DNA of 64,000 nt from the NCBI RefSeq assembly GCF_964194025.1, contig NC_134476.1, positions 52,328,001-52,392,000 of the forward strand. The letters are read 5' to 3'. Source of the stretch: Convolutriloba macropyga (Eukaryota). The position numbers were made by a program, and so were the translations under genes. A model generated the notes under the pieces. The model was given only the letters and a program-made list of their open reading frames with translations. It did no database searches and was not told where the DNA came from. How positions within the stretch are numbered: the first letter of the stretch is position 1; every line of letters starts with the position of its first letter. Shown piece after piece: positions 1 to 13,039 of the stretch.

Positions 1-866
1 AATAGTCAGGCACACACAAAACAATCCTGAGTTCGCGTTGGAATTCCCTTTTCTTTGAGGGTATGCTGATCCTCACACAGCCTCTGCCCACCACTCTGTT
101 GGGATTTCTGACCACTGATTGAATGGGCACAAAGTCCAGGAACGCATCGATGTTCGTCACTATGTGATCTGTACAACCACTGTCCACTAGCATGCCTGCT
201 GTCTTCGTCTTCCACTGGGTAAGAACTGCCCAGTACTCCTAGTCTGGTGTAACCAATGTTGGACCCATTTCCACTGACATATGTTTGCCTCAATCTTTTT
301 GTCTCTTGCATGCCCTATCTAGGTGACCCTTCTCACCACACTTGCTGCTTTTTGCTGTCTCTTTCCTCCTGCAGTCCTTGGCAAAGTGTCCAGGGATCCC
401 ACACACAAAGCAGTTTCCTCTCTTGGGCCCCTTCCTGAAGTCGCGCTTCAATGCCAGTCCACTGAACCACTTTGTCCCTTGTGTCTCTGCACCGTGCTCT
501 CATGGAAGTTCTGCAGCCTTTTCCTCAACTCTGCGAAATTCGTTGCCGGTTTGAAGCTTTCCTGTATAAGAAAACTTTCATACCTCATGGGCAGACCATT
601 GAGGACCAAGGCGTTGAAGAGGGCCTCTGAGACTGCTTCACCTGCTTCTTGTAGCCTTGTGAGCAACTCCTGTCCTCTGATGAGGAAGCTGTCCAAATTC
701 TCAGAATTCTCGAGCTGGAGCCGAGCAAGCTGTGCCACCAAAGTCACCACTGTCGGCGTCTCCACACTCTGAAATCTCTCTTGCAAAAATTTCCAAGCCT
801 TTGCTCCATCTCCAATGCCGTCATCTCTCACACAGTCATGTCTCATCAGCATTATATATGTATCTC
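1..866 (-). mobile_element. Ty1/copia LTR retrotransposon fragment (gag, zinc knuckles, aspartic protease), frameshifted
   Basis: ORF 448-852 resembles copia gag (WKFLQERF...ENLDSFLIRGQELLTRLQEAGE...LVLNGLP..YESF). Hand translation of the downstream minus strand gives CFVCGIPGHFAKDC (CCHC knuckle) and LVDSGCTDHIV (copia protease D-S-G). The element runs off the window edge. Confidence 0.85.
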
Positions 867-1707
867 NNNNNNNNNNNNNNNNNNNNNNNNNNNNNNNNNN
901 NNNNNNNNNNNNNNNNNNNNNNNNNNNNNNNNNNNNNNNNNNNNNNNNNNNNNNNNNNNNNNNNNNNNNNNNNNNNNNNNNNNNNNNNNNNNNNNNNNNN
1001 NNNNNNNNNNNNNNNNNNNNNNNNNNNNNNNNNNNNNNNNNNNNNNNNNNNNNNNNNNNNNNNNNNTCCTAGTATTTTGTACTACAAAAGAGTCAGCTTC
1101 AGCTCAAGAAAATAAACCTTCGTTTATGCTGCCCGACGAAAAGCCCTGCCTGGTGATGATCTCCCAAAACCGCGTCGCAAGTCCCATACAAACGATCCTC
1201 TCAATAAGCGAAACTTCAACCCCATTGCCTGTTTTTCACTCAACTGCAGTATGTGTACCATCATAAGGTAGTAGAATTTCATAATTAGAGTCCTCTCAGT
1301 TCGCAAATATCTATGATTGAAAAAACTCTCACCTCTCACTAAGCTCTTCACTTTGCCTCTCAACACTCTTGATCCTGTTCAAAGTCATGTAGCAATTATT
1401 TTTGACTCAGGAAGCTAATACAAAACTCTAAACCTCTATCCTCAAGTACTTTAAACTGAGGCTCAAATAACTTTCATTCTTGGCTGTTTACTCTCCTTCA
1501 ATACTCCACACTATAGATAACCTAAACGTCGACAATCTTACCATTTGAGCTGAAACTCAACTCACAATCCAGTTCCAACAACTTTTCTCACAAACAGTCT
1601 CTCTCTTTCTCAGTCAGGCTTCGACACTTTGTCAAATAAGTCGAATCATCTTCTCATCCTCTTTTTCGACTACTGCTGCATAGTTTAACGTTTGAATGCA
1701 ACCAACA

Positions 1708-2718
1708 CCCAGGTCTAGACCTCGACTCATGAAAAGACAATGCTCGACAAAAATGTGCTATGAAAAGACCATACTGGACTCATTTGAGCTATGAAAAGAA
1801 TTTAGCTGGACTTTAAGGCATTCTGGACTTTAGCTCGACTCAGATTTTTTGCAAAAGACTTTAGCTGGACACTAAATTTTACAAAAGACTTTGGCTTGAC
1901 CCAAAGTTTGTGCTGGACTTAAGCTCGACACAATGTTTGCAAACAAAGTCGAGTTAAAGTCTTTTCATGGGTCCATCATTAGTCTTTTCATGGGTCCATC
2001 ATTAGTCTTTTCATAAGTCTGTTTTTCTGCCATTAACGTTTTGCGTGCAATATTGCATATAACGTAGTCAGCATATGTGATCATGCACCTTTTACAATTC
2101 AAAAGAACCATAAATACCTCAAAAACCTGCATTATTTTTTTTAAAAAATTGCTAATAATTTTGGTAAGGAAAACAAACTAAATAGCGCCGAAATTTTTTT
2201 CATGGCTAATGGGACTAGGACCAATATTCTTAAGCTAGCTGGTTTCATTGAATCAAGTAATGTGGTAATATACTCGATCTGAAAAAACTCTTTAACTTAA
2301 GAATTGACAAAATTCTTAAGGCTTTTGGCAGATTTCCAACTGATTCTTAAGTTGGACTGCTCTGGTGCAAAACTGTTTAGTCTTGCTCCGGTTCTGCTTC
2401 TGTATGTACAGAAGCAGGAAACAAATAAAAAATTTGAATATTGAAAAAAAACAGACTTATGAAAAGACTAATGGTGGACCCATGAAAAGAACTTAACTCG
2501 ACTTTGCTGGTTATTAAAAGACTAATGCTGGACCCATGAAAAGACCTTAGCTGGACTTTCTTCGTTATGAAAAGACTTTAGCTTGACCCATGAAAAGATA
2601 TTAGCTCGACTTTTACTAGGAACCTCGACCGTGTAATTATAGTCAATATTGCCCCCCCCCCCCCCCCCCCCCTACTAGACTTTTTAAGTCTTTTCATAAG
2701 TCGAGGTCTAGGCCTGGG
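1708..2718. mobile_element. Non-autonomous DNA transposon (MITE), CACTA/EnSpm-like
   Basis: About 31-bp terminal inverted repeats: CCCAGGTCTAGACCTCGACTCATGAAAAGAC on the left, and the right end reverse-complements to CCCAGGCCTAGACCTCGACTTATGAAAAGAC. CA flanks both ends (2-bp TSD). Many subterminal ATGAAAAGAC...GCTGGAC repeats; no ORF. The superfamily call is inferred from the CCC ends, 2-bp TSD and subterminal repeats. Confidence 0.8.
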
Positions 2719-2924
2719 CACAGTCTCCCAACCATTCCAACTGTTAAAAGTCTCCGGAAGCGAATCAATAGCACCACAGCAGAATTATGTATTTTGCTTA
2801 GGCTGTCCTCGGATTAGAGATCAGTACGCTAACAAATTGAAAAAAGGCTTGACAGCTCTCAGACATCTATTACAAACTCAATTTGAAAAAATGTTTTATT
2901 TCAAGCAGTCAAATTACATCAAAA

Positions 2925-4732
2925 TAGTAGACATAACCGATTGACTTGAGGCAAATTGCTCTCAAACGAACGGTGAGTGGTTCGCTTCGTCCGAAGCTAG
3001 CCAGGGTTTAGCGAGGCTAGCTTTCGCTTGATTCAATTCTGCAATTTTTAGTTTTCTAGCTTTGTTAGTAATTTCAAAGTTTAAAAGAAAAGCTTCCGGA
3101 TTTTGCATTTAAAACAATCAAAACATTTTTTTCTCTGAAGTGATAACACATACCCTGCAAGACCTGAATAGCTTCGTTGGCCAGGAATGATCGTTAAACT
3201 CAGGAAAATGACAAAAATATTCAAAAGTTTTGAGAACTATAGCGAAATTTAACAAAATGTTGCAACAATGCAAGATATTAAAATCTTTAAATCCATTTCA
3301 TTGTCTTGAAAAAAATGTCTAACATCCCTAGTTCAAGCTGTAATAAGTTTCACCGGCTCGTAAAGATCCATAAACTTGGAAAATGATAATAATTTTCCGA
3401 AATTTTGAAAAAAAATTAAATTCTACCAAAAAATTGCTAAAGCTGGAGTCATGAAAATATTGATTAAAATTCCAAAGCTCTAAAAACTCTGCGACATCTT
3501 ATCATCGAACCATGGAGGAGGTCGCTAGGACAATGGTTTCGGAAAAATTATAAAAAAAAATTTGAAAAAATCAAAAAGATTCAAAAAACTTGAAAAAAAT
3601 ATAAATATTTTTCTACAATTGCTGATATCAAAATCTTTGAAAGAATTCATTGCATCTAGAAGCTATGCGTTAACTTGTAATCCAACCCTAGAGATGTTAT
3701 GTGACTTTTGATGCTGGAAATATGAAAAAATTTCGAAAAATTTAAAAAATTTGAAAAAAATGCAAGTTGCATAAAAAACTGCTAAAATTTGTGATAATAA
3801 AATTTGATTCTATTCCATGGCCAAGAAACAGTTTTCATTAACGCGTTATCAAACGGAGACTTTTTTAGGCTGAAAAACTCGAACAATGACAATATATGAC
3901 AAAATAAAATTGAAAAAAAATTTGCAAAATTTGGCAAAAAAAATGCTAAAATTCGTGGTGTTGAAATCTTGAAAAACATTCAATTACATTTAGAAGCTAT
4001 GCAGAAACTTGTTGTCAAATCTGCAGAAGAATCATTGGTTCTTGAGGCTGGAGAATTATAAATACCCAAAAATCGAAAAACTTGAAAAAAGTGCAAGTTC
4101 TATCAAAAAATTGCTAAACTTTGTCATTTTAAAAAATGGAAAGCTATCCCACGGCAAAAATAATTTTTGAGTAACACACAATCAACCCCTTATGAAGGTT
4201 TTGTGTCTCCTGCGTCTGGAAAGACGTGAATAATGAAAAAAATTATAAAAAATAACAAAAAAATTGCACTGTTTGTCGAAAACAAGCTAAGATTTGTTAT
4301 GTTAAAATGTTTTAACCATTCCACTACCACTAGAGGCTATGCAGTAACCCATTATAAAACCCAAGAGGAGATGGGGGGGTTGCACTGGGGTTGATGGGGA
4401 GGGGTATTGGTCAACAGTGGGTTTGGGGGGGCAACAGCGCGGTGGGATGGTTGGGGGCAATAGTGGGGGTGTCAAATGTGGGGGTGTTTTCAACCTCTAA
4501 GAACCGCCCATGACACCATAAGTATAAATCTCCCAAACAGTTTGGGCTGAAACAGAGCTGAAAAGCCCTAAGAGCACTTAATGCCCGATGGCGCTAAGCT
4601 ATACCTGTTTATCCCGTGTTTGAGGACGAAAAGTCAGAAGCGTCAGACAAAAAATCGGTCAAGCGAAAAATCGCATAAAAAAGACCGACAGGAATAATAT
4701 AATTGCTGCAAACTTTGTTTGAGAGCAATTAA
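2925..4732 (-). mobile_element. Possible non-autonomous Helentron/HINE (DINE-1-like) element
   Basis: Subterminal inverted repeat AATTGCTCTCAAAC at 2954-2967 pairs with GTTTGAGAGCAATT at 4717-4730. The latter is part of a terminal hairpin, AATTGCTGCAAAC-TTT-GTTTGAGAGCAATT. There are internal degenerate A-rich tandem units (about 3130-4260) and a G-rich tract (4370-4490). Boundaries are approximate. Confidence 0.45.
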
Positions 4733-5527
4733 ACAGAAAACATAAGAAATTTACAAAAAAATAAACAAAAAATTTAACGATATTAAGATTACAAAAAATG
4801 CTTCATAATTTTATCTTTGTAACCAAATTTGCTCAAAAGAAAGCAACTATTCTCTATCAATAGAAAATCTGTGTACAATAGAAGAGCTCCAAGTAAATCA
4901 CAATTAGGTCGCTTTATCTGATCGCGGTTCGTCGGTGCTCTGCTTTTGGTTCAAATATCTCAACAATGTTTTTTGTTTTGTGCGCCGCGATATTTGCTAT
5001 CAATATATCAAGTTTGATTATACTGAAGTAAACACTGATATTAAATTGTTTTTTATAAACTTGGTCCTCCTCAAAAAATCCATATTGCAACTACTCAACT
5101 TCTAGAGCACTCAATTTTGTTCCATATATATCCAGTCCATCAAATCACGTTGAATTGCAAATCAATATTTTTAAATAAAAAATTGTTCTTAACCAGTTTT
5201 TGAAATTCAAGTTTTGTCATTTTCAATTGCGACACGTGTTAAAAGTCAGATTTTCTAAGTTCTACAGAGGGCCACTATTTTCAGATTTTCGTGCGTTCAA
5301 AGTTGCCTCTGTCCAGACTTCGGTGCTCAAAACCACCTATGTCCGGACATTCGTGCGTTTACTGGTGTTTCCAGAACATGGAATTTTGAACGCACCTTCC
5401 TCCCCCTCGTGCATTCATCTTCGATCTGGACATGGTCTTGAACGCGCAATATTCAGAAATGTCACCTTTTTGGGAAAGTGTGGTTTTAATAAAATATGTT
5501 TACAGGCTTTCAATTGATGATACTAAC

Positions 5528-5920
5528 CGGTCACAGACATGAGACAAAGAAGAGTCATATGCAACATGATGACGCTTACAAAGTGCAATAGCAGGGGCAC
5601 ATTGTTAGAACTGGGGAAGATGTCACTCAAGGTTGCAAAAGCCACAACCTGAGCCAGTAACACTGTCATTGCAAATGCCACTTTCTCACCAGTGTCAGAG
5701 GGCAAAAAGAAGGAAAGACCAGACAAAAAGTAGATAGTCATAATGGGTAGAATCAGAATCATGGAGTAGAACAGAGGTTTTCTTTTCAAATGCAGAGTGT
5801 ATACAATCTGGTAGCCAACTCTTCCATTGCTAAGGAATGCTTCCTCCAGATTGGCCACTTCCCATTCGTCGTCTTCTATGAAATATTCGTGGGGAGGCAT
5901 GTGATCAGCATGAGCAGCAT
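5528..5920 (-). CDS. Cys-loop ligand-gated ion channel (nAChR-like), exon 3: end of extracellular domain and M1-M3
   Basis: EWEV...YTLHLKRKPLFY (pre-M1), then M1, FFLPSDTGEKV, M2 (TVLLAQVVAF), IFP..VPLL and M3. Acceptor TTTTTAG ends at 5921 and donor G|GTTAGT starts at 5527; both junctions are phase 1 and in frame with exon 2. Confidence 0.9.
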
Positions 5921-8900
5921 CTAAAAACATATCTGGATAAACCCAGAACAGGCCGGTCAAAACTTTGTCCGTGGCTAAAATTTTGTATTTTAAGGCATTT
6001 AAGCCCCCAATAAGCACTGGAATATATAAATATTGATGGCTGCCACGATATCGGCATCTCTGTTGCCTAATGGATGCATCGGCTAACAGTTTTCTATTTT
6101 TTCATTTTTTAAACTTTGGAAACAAAAAACAGTTTTTCGAATAGCGGTTACATCAGATATATTATTGATGACGACAGAATCAGATATTTGTTTTTTTTAA
6201 AAAAAAAAAATTTCATCTGAGAAAAAAATGAAAATTAAAAATAATTTATTTTTAATAGTGGCAAGAATTACAGTATTTTGCATCTCTTATTTTGGAAACG
6301 GTGACAACAGCTGTTCAATCAGTGAGCTCAATAATACCAATAAGTAGGCAAACAAGACAAGAAAATCGTTCGTTTGATTGGAAAAAAATGCATCTAAAAT
6401 GTGAAAAAAAGAAACTTTATTGAAATTCAATTTTGTTTTGACACTTGTGGAGTATTGAATGGCATAAAATTTTTAAAATGATGTTTTTCTCCCTCGGAAA
6501 CTGTTAAATTTAGTTTTGAGCAGTAGAACATCAGAAATATTTTTGTGCTGACTTGACTCAAAAGATTAAACTTATTTCGGTTTTAGATTGGTCTGGTAAT
6601 ATTTGGTAAGTCATTTGAGGAAGATATCTCTAATGTAGGGAGAAGTTTTTAAAAAATTGTTATTTTTTGTTCTTATCTTCCTAACCTTCTATACAATTAC
6701 AATGACCCTGGTTTATATCATCTAAAAGTGCAGCTTTGAAAAGCATTTTCGTTGAGACTAAAAATTTGTCGCGTAAACCTTGGTTTTGAGTTATTTGTAA
6801 AAAGCCGACCTGTGAACGGTTTGGATGAAAATTTTTAAATAGCGGCAAATATAGACAAATTGCGGGAAAAATTGGCAAATAGCTCTCTTTTTCTTTCTTT
6901 TCATCTAGATTATTCGGCGATTTAAAAAAAATATCGTCTGGCTTTAAAGATTGTTGTTTTATTTACAAAGTGTTGTAATGCAAAAAAGAATTTTAAACTA
7001 TGTTTTTTTGGACTGCTAATGAAACGTGTAAACTAGTAGGTACTAAAACGGGTAGGTAGGTTGTTTCTGAAATAAATGATTTTTGTGATATGTCGGGCTA
7101 GTATCGCAACTCGATTTGATTTGCTCCACAAATCGTTTTTAGGGAAAAATTTTTCCGCTAAGAAGAAAAACTTGGTTTCTTGACAGTTGATGTTTAGGTA
7201 TTTTTAAAAACCATTTTATAAGCATTAGGAGGAAGTTGCAAAATGGCAGTCAAAATTGAGCAACTTTGGCAGCTATCATTTTGTTTTCTATATACTTCCT
7301 GATGATATGATGGACAAAATTTTGGCCCTCCTTAATCCGAATAAAAAATGTGAAATGATTTACCTTGACTAAAAAACCGAGTGTCCATTTTCTTTCGTGA
7401 CTGATAATTAGAGCTATGTTCGTTAAATGCCAAACTAGATTGTCTTAACTAAGCTTCTGCCTGGCCACTATTTTCATTCTTCAAAAACTGGTTTTCGAAG
7501 CGTTCTTTGAAAACTATTGTAGGTGGAACAACTGGTTAAAAGTTTTTCATAAGTTATCGACTTGGTGGGAACAGCAAAACAGCGCCAAAAATGTGGTGCT
7601 TACTCGCAATGAGAAAAAACCCTATTCATGATTTTCAGAAATGATACACAGATACCTTTGAAAAAATCTAGATAGGATTTATTTGGATAACTATTCATAG
7701 AACTGTTTTTTATTGATTTCATCTCGAGAAAAAATTTAAAAACTTATAACAATAACATACTTGACTGATTTGGATTTCTTATAACTTTTGAATCGTTAAC
7801 AAACTTGTCTCCAATCATTGGGCTTGTTCCAGTTAAAAAAAGTTAAAAAACATGGCTTCGGGTTTTTTTTGAAGGGTAATACACATTTTGGTCAAACTCG
7901 GGGTACTTTTTTTGCCCACAATTTTATTTTTTTTTGTACTATAGGGAACTCATACTTTTTGTGCTTCTGGCTTTGCAAAATTTTGTCAAAATTTGGTCTT
8001 TTTTGCTCTGCAATTGTTACCTCTTCTTCCAGATATTTTAAGAAATTCATATTAAAAACCTTATATTTTTATGTTGAAGATAATTGGTTAAATGATACTG
8101 TGTTCAAATGTTGCAGCTTTTAAGTTTTGCACGTATTTGGTGTTTTTTTGTTGCCTTATCGCTTAATGTCATTAATAACAGTTGTTATCTGTTGTTAATA
8201 AGGCAAAAACGGATCTAATGAATCATCTGAATGAATCAGCTGAAGGTTTGTATGATTTTGACTTTTTCTATTTTTCCAAACACCAATAGTGAATTTATTT
8301 GTTTGTTGTCGCATGTTGTTTTTTTCTGCTAATTTAATAATTGCCTTCATCAATTAGAGGTCATATTGCCTTTCTAACGAGTTACTAGCTAGCATATTTA
8401 TCGTCTTCATATGATTTTTGCAAGTTAGAGTCAATCTGGTAGAATAAAATATGAATGAATTTTTTTTCAGTTTTATCCGTATTTCGCTTTCTTGTTGTTG
8501 GCTTAGTCCCAAAACTGACAGGTCTCAATTGTTTCTAATGAAGATTCAGTAAAACTAATTAAAAGTTTACAATCACAGCTTTTGGTTTTTGTGACTTCGA
8601 CGATATTGAGTTTCATCAAGATATAGGAATGCATAAAATTTTGAGCTTGCCACCAAGAAAAAATTGAAGTCTTGCATCATTATTGAAAAAACTGAAAATG
8701 GTTGTCACCCGAGAATGAACAAATAGCATGACATAAAGGCATTATAGGCAAATTTTTGGTGCGCTCTCTTTTAAAAAAAACTTGGCACGTTTTTCGACAT
8801 TTTTGTTATCAATGCGAAAACAAATTGCAGTAATGATTTCCATCACGCTGAAATTTTCGGAAAAACAGAAGAAGGGCAGTTTTATTGCGGGATTTTTTTC

Positions 8901-9027
8901 AGCCGCTTATATTTTGAATAGGGAAATTAGTGTTTAATCAGATTTTTTGAAGTTGGGAGCAATTTTTTTCACTTTCCGATTCTCACAATTGAACTTCTGT
9001 TATCACCATTTTTATGGTCTTTTTCTG

Positions 9028-9317
9028 TCCAAACATTTTTAAAAAGTGATACGGCGGTTCGAATAACCCATAATTGCTATTGCTTAAACACTTGAAAAGG
9101 CAACTAAAAGATGAAATTTTGACGCTATTTGTTTTCCTTAAATATAAGTGTTTCCTAAAATATAAGTGTTTCCAAAACATATAAGTGTTTCCAAACATTT
9201 TTAAAAAGTGATACGGCGGTTCGAATAACCCATAATTGCTATTGCTTAAACACTTGAAAAGGCAACTAAAAGATGAAATTTTGACGCTATTTGTTTTCCT
9301 TAAATATAAGTGTTTCC
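9028..9317. repeat. Local tandem duplication (about 126-bp identical unit, 162-bp period) with short ATATAAGTGTTTCC repeats in the spacer
   Basis: CCAAACATTTTTAAAAAGTGATACGGCGG...AAATATAAGTGTTTCC occurs at 9029 and 9191. Confidence 0.9.
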
Positions 9318-12300
9318 AGTTTTTGGCCATTTGTCTAGCTATTTGCGTTGTTCAAAAACTTGGTCACATTATTGACAGGTCTCAACGGCGCCAATGAGTT
9401 TTCTCAGAAGTAAATAACTGATTTAGGTTGATATCTAACCATTTTTGCCCCTTTTTACAAAATAATTGTTATCGCTTATACAGAAAGTTTTAGGGACTGT
9501 TTGAATGTTTCCGTCTTTTTCAGTTCTGTTTTATTGTTCTATCATTTTATTTCATTTTTCAAAGCTCTTATGGGCTTTTATATGTTATATTTGGATCTAC
9601 CTAATTTTTTTTTCTTTTTCAATGGTTTTCATGACTTTGAGTGGACTTGTTTTTACAGAAACAGTGTTAACTTGGCCCTTTTATGTGGTTTTTTTTGTTT
9701 TTCTGTCATTTAATTGGGGTTAAGTTTCATTGGTTCTCTAGGTAGGCATCTCTGCTTTTAGCTAATGGTGTGAGTTAATATTTAATAGTTTCAAAGACTT
9801 TGACTCTAATTGTTTGCAGAAAAGGTATGTTAGTTTTGCCTAATTATATAATTCTTTTGTTTGGTTTGTCATAAAATGTCATTGATGTTTAGTATCATGG
9901 TTCTCTGATGGAATATATTTGAATTTTATTAATAGCTTGTTTATATCTATTCAATTTTTGCGACCTTGATACAATCTGTTTTCGGACAAAATTTTGATTT
10001 ATGGAAAATTTTCAGTTTTTTCTGTTGCTCATATCCCTTAGGGTTATATTGACAAATGCAAGGGTTTTATTGACTACCTAATGTGTTCTTTTTAAATTCA
10101 TTCTGTCGCTTTTTTCATATCAGAAATTTCACGATTTTAACGGAACTTGAGCATTATTTCTTTTGGTAGTTTTGTTGTCAATCAGAACAATTACTAACTT
10201 TTGAAATTTCGATTGCTGCCTGAATTTTGCTACTTTTGTTAGGTGGCCTTGAAGTATTTTCATTAAAGGTATTATGTGCTGCTATTGGTGGATAGTTCAT
10301 TAGGTTTCACCGATTTCGAAATTTAACTGCGTGTTTTGGGGGCGTTGATGCCACTCATCTTCACAAAAATTAGTAAAAATATGTTTTTGCTAAATGTCGC
10401 TTGTTTTGTCCCTTTACATTGCCCCTCAGTGGATTTCTGCAAAGTTGGCGTTTGCTGGCTAAAGATCCAAATTGTAAAATATTTTTAGACATTGACGCTA
10501 TTGGACCTATTAGATTTCACAGTACTATCCTCAAAGAAAATTGAAAAAACAATCTGAATTTTTGTGTTTCGTTTATTTTTGTGGACGTGTTGGTATTTTA
10601 ATTGCTTAATAACAGATTATTGTTGTTTCAAGGCGGCTGGTAGCGTTTTATGTGTATTGTTCAACTTTTGTCACGACATTGTTTCTACAACAAAAGTTTT
10701 TAACTTCTAGTTCAGGGCCCTTTTTTATTTTTTTTACCGAAGTCGTTTTTTCACCCAAATTTTGGATTTTAAATATTCGAAAAAAAGCTTTGTCAATGAT
10801 TTTGCATAAACGAGTCAAAACTTCACATCTTTGCTTCCAGGTAAATTATCTTCATGAGATGAAGTTAGAAGTCATTTTTATAAAAACAACTCCAGGCTCT
10901 TCCTTGAAACAATTTTCCCTCTGATAATATTGAAGAAAATTTTGCTTGAAAGCTAACAAATATATTTGAAATAACAAGAAACATAATTAGTAGTCTAAGC
11001 ATAACTTTTCACATTGTCTTGCTTCAAGTAAAATATTTTAACGGACAAATTGGTTCAAGCTATTCAGTCTGTTCCTGGCGATTTCTACCTTATAACAGTT
11101 CAAAGAATTTGAATTGTATTGGGGCGCTGTATTTTTTTAAGACATGTTCACACATTTTCATGATTTTTGAAGTCAAATTGGAGTAGTGATTTTGGTCAAG
11201 CCGAAACAGGAAATGGGGCGAAAAAGCGAGTGGTTTTGCGGCGTGAAATTTTTTTTGCTCTAATTTTAAAGTAGAGTGAGAAAACGGTGTTTTAACAAAA
11301 ATTCGCTTTCTCGCTGGTGGTTTTTTGTTCACATGCGGCATTTTCACATTGATTTTTTGTGTTTTTTCTTTTTGTTTGATTTTGCTAGAAATGGGTTTAC
11401 CAATTTACTCATAGTCCGCTCTAGGTCTAGTTTTTTGTCAATCAAAATTTTTTGACTTGTACGTCAGGACTTGTCCTGCGATGTTTTTAATTAAAGAGCA
11501 AATGCAAATTTGCAAAGGTCTTATCTTCAGCATGGTCTGTCGCATGAGCGTACGCTATTTTCTATCAGATATGAGAAAATATTTGCCGGAATACGAACAA
11601 GTAAACTCAATTGCAATCATCCTTTCATGCACGTGCTGATTTACAACTTTGTTGTTGAGAAAAAACGCTTTCTAGACTTAATCGTTTCAGCAATTGAATT
11701 GGAAACGTTTAATGTTGACTTTGATCAATCACTTCGACAAAATGCTAGTAATTATCGCATGTCACCAAAAATTATTGAAGTTATAACTCAGAGACGATTG
11801 TATGGAATTGAAAAGGGGCATAAACACTGCGTATCTAAAAGGATCAAGATTTGTGCCTAATGTCATTGTTGTCGTTCATCAATTTTTACTAAAAAATTCT
11901 ATTTAAGATTTGTCTCTGCGATCTCATTAATCGATAGTTTATAGAACCAAAGTTTTTCTGAGATATGTATTCACCTCTCCCTAAAAACGGCTCTATGTCG
12001 CTTAGTCTTTGCGCTGCATCAGAAGATTGCTGCAGTCAATTGGAAATCGAGAAAAGTGTGGTAGTCAAGCAGCTCCCTGAAGTTGGGAAGAGAAAGTTTG
12101 GTTTGAAGCTCTAGTATGCGGTAAATACGTTAACTACGCTTTTGTGGACAAGGGCTTTTTTCCGCTGGTTGGAGGACAACGTTTGTTTAGAAGGCCCTTG
12201 TGTTGATGGGCAGACGGAGGACTCTATTTGAGGAGAAGGATCCTGGGTTTGGAAGACTCTGTCTGTGTGGAAAAAGAGCTTGTGCAGCTGACTGGGGGAC

Positions 12301-13039
12301 TTTAGTTGCAGAAAAGGAGCTTGTGTAGCTGCGTGGCTAGTTCCGCGTGGAAGCTTGTGTAACAATGCGTAGCTTTGTCTGGGGTAGCTCGGGGGGTGTT
12401 TTTGGCACTATTGCTTGTGGGTCTCAAGTCCATGGAGTGTGAGACGTCTGTGTAGGAGAAACCTCTACGAGGATTTCTTCGCATTGCTTAATTTTTTTGA
12501 GGACAGCTCAGCTTGAACAACTGTTTTCTATCGTTTTCTGGCTTTCATTGTGCTATCCTCAGTCTGCTAATTGTGCTATCCTATTCCTTGCATTCTCATT
12601 GTGTCCATAGTGCTAAGAGGATCAAAACAGCACATTGAGTTGTCGCTTAGCAACCAGACCATGAACAGGAAACTAAGTTATAAACGCTATAATACGACCA
12701 TAGAAGGAGTTTTGCTCTAAGTTTTGACAACACACCTCAAAACCTGTTTCTCGAAAAAAAATTGTAGAGCACTACTAGTATTTGAGCATGTCATAGTATC
12801 AGACAGTAATTAGTCTAAAATGACCTGGTTTTAAGGGTTAAAAGTAAAACTAAAGGTACAGAGTGAAAGGCAAAAAAGTGAAATAAAGTCTCACAGGATA
12901 AAGTAACGCTTAGAAATAATATATGGGTATATAATAATGTAAAAGTAAAAACTATGATCAATAAAAGCAAATAAAATTAAAAGTGAAATTTTATTCTAGG
13001 TCCGATTGGATCAATTGTTTGAGAGACGAGTTCAGAGTC

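Noticed and set aside
1067-1690. Possible second copia gag/protease relic on the minus strand
   Set aside because: Only faint similarity (EDEKM..YLTKCRSL); no unambiguous motif.
1729-2620. Short regularly recurring repeats resembling a CRISPR array
   Set aside because: Eukaryotic context, the spacers are themselves repetitive, and the block is enclosed by TIRs: these are transposon subterminal repeats.
4860-5030. Candidate exon 4 of the channel after acceptor TTACTTCAG
   Set aside because: The phase-1 join gives an immediate stop and there is no hydrophobic M4. The last exon(s) were not located and may be outside the window.
5921-6017. N-terminal part of ORF 5523-6017
   Set aside because: It lies upstream of the in-phase acceptor at 5921, so it is intronic read-through. 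The same applies to the ends of ORFs 23215-23496 and 54680-55072.
9600-11900. Possible very old LINE relic, with 11700-11880 similar to 22010-22190
   Set aside because: Similarity between the two patches is visible, but protein motifs are too decayed to classify or delimit.
12057-12640. GC-richer block with GAGCTTGTG repeats as an LTR of the copia relic
   Set aside because: No second copy, PBS or TSD found.
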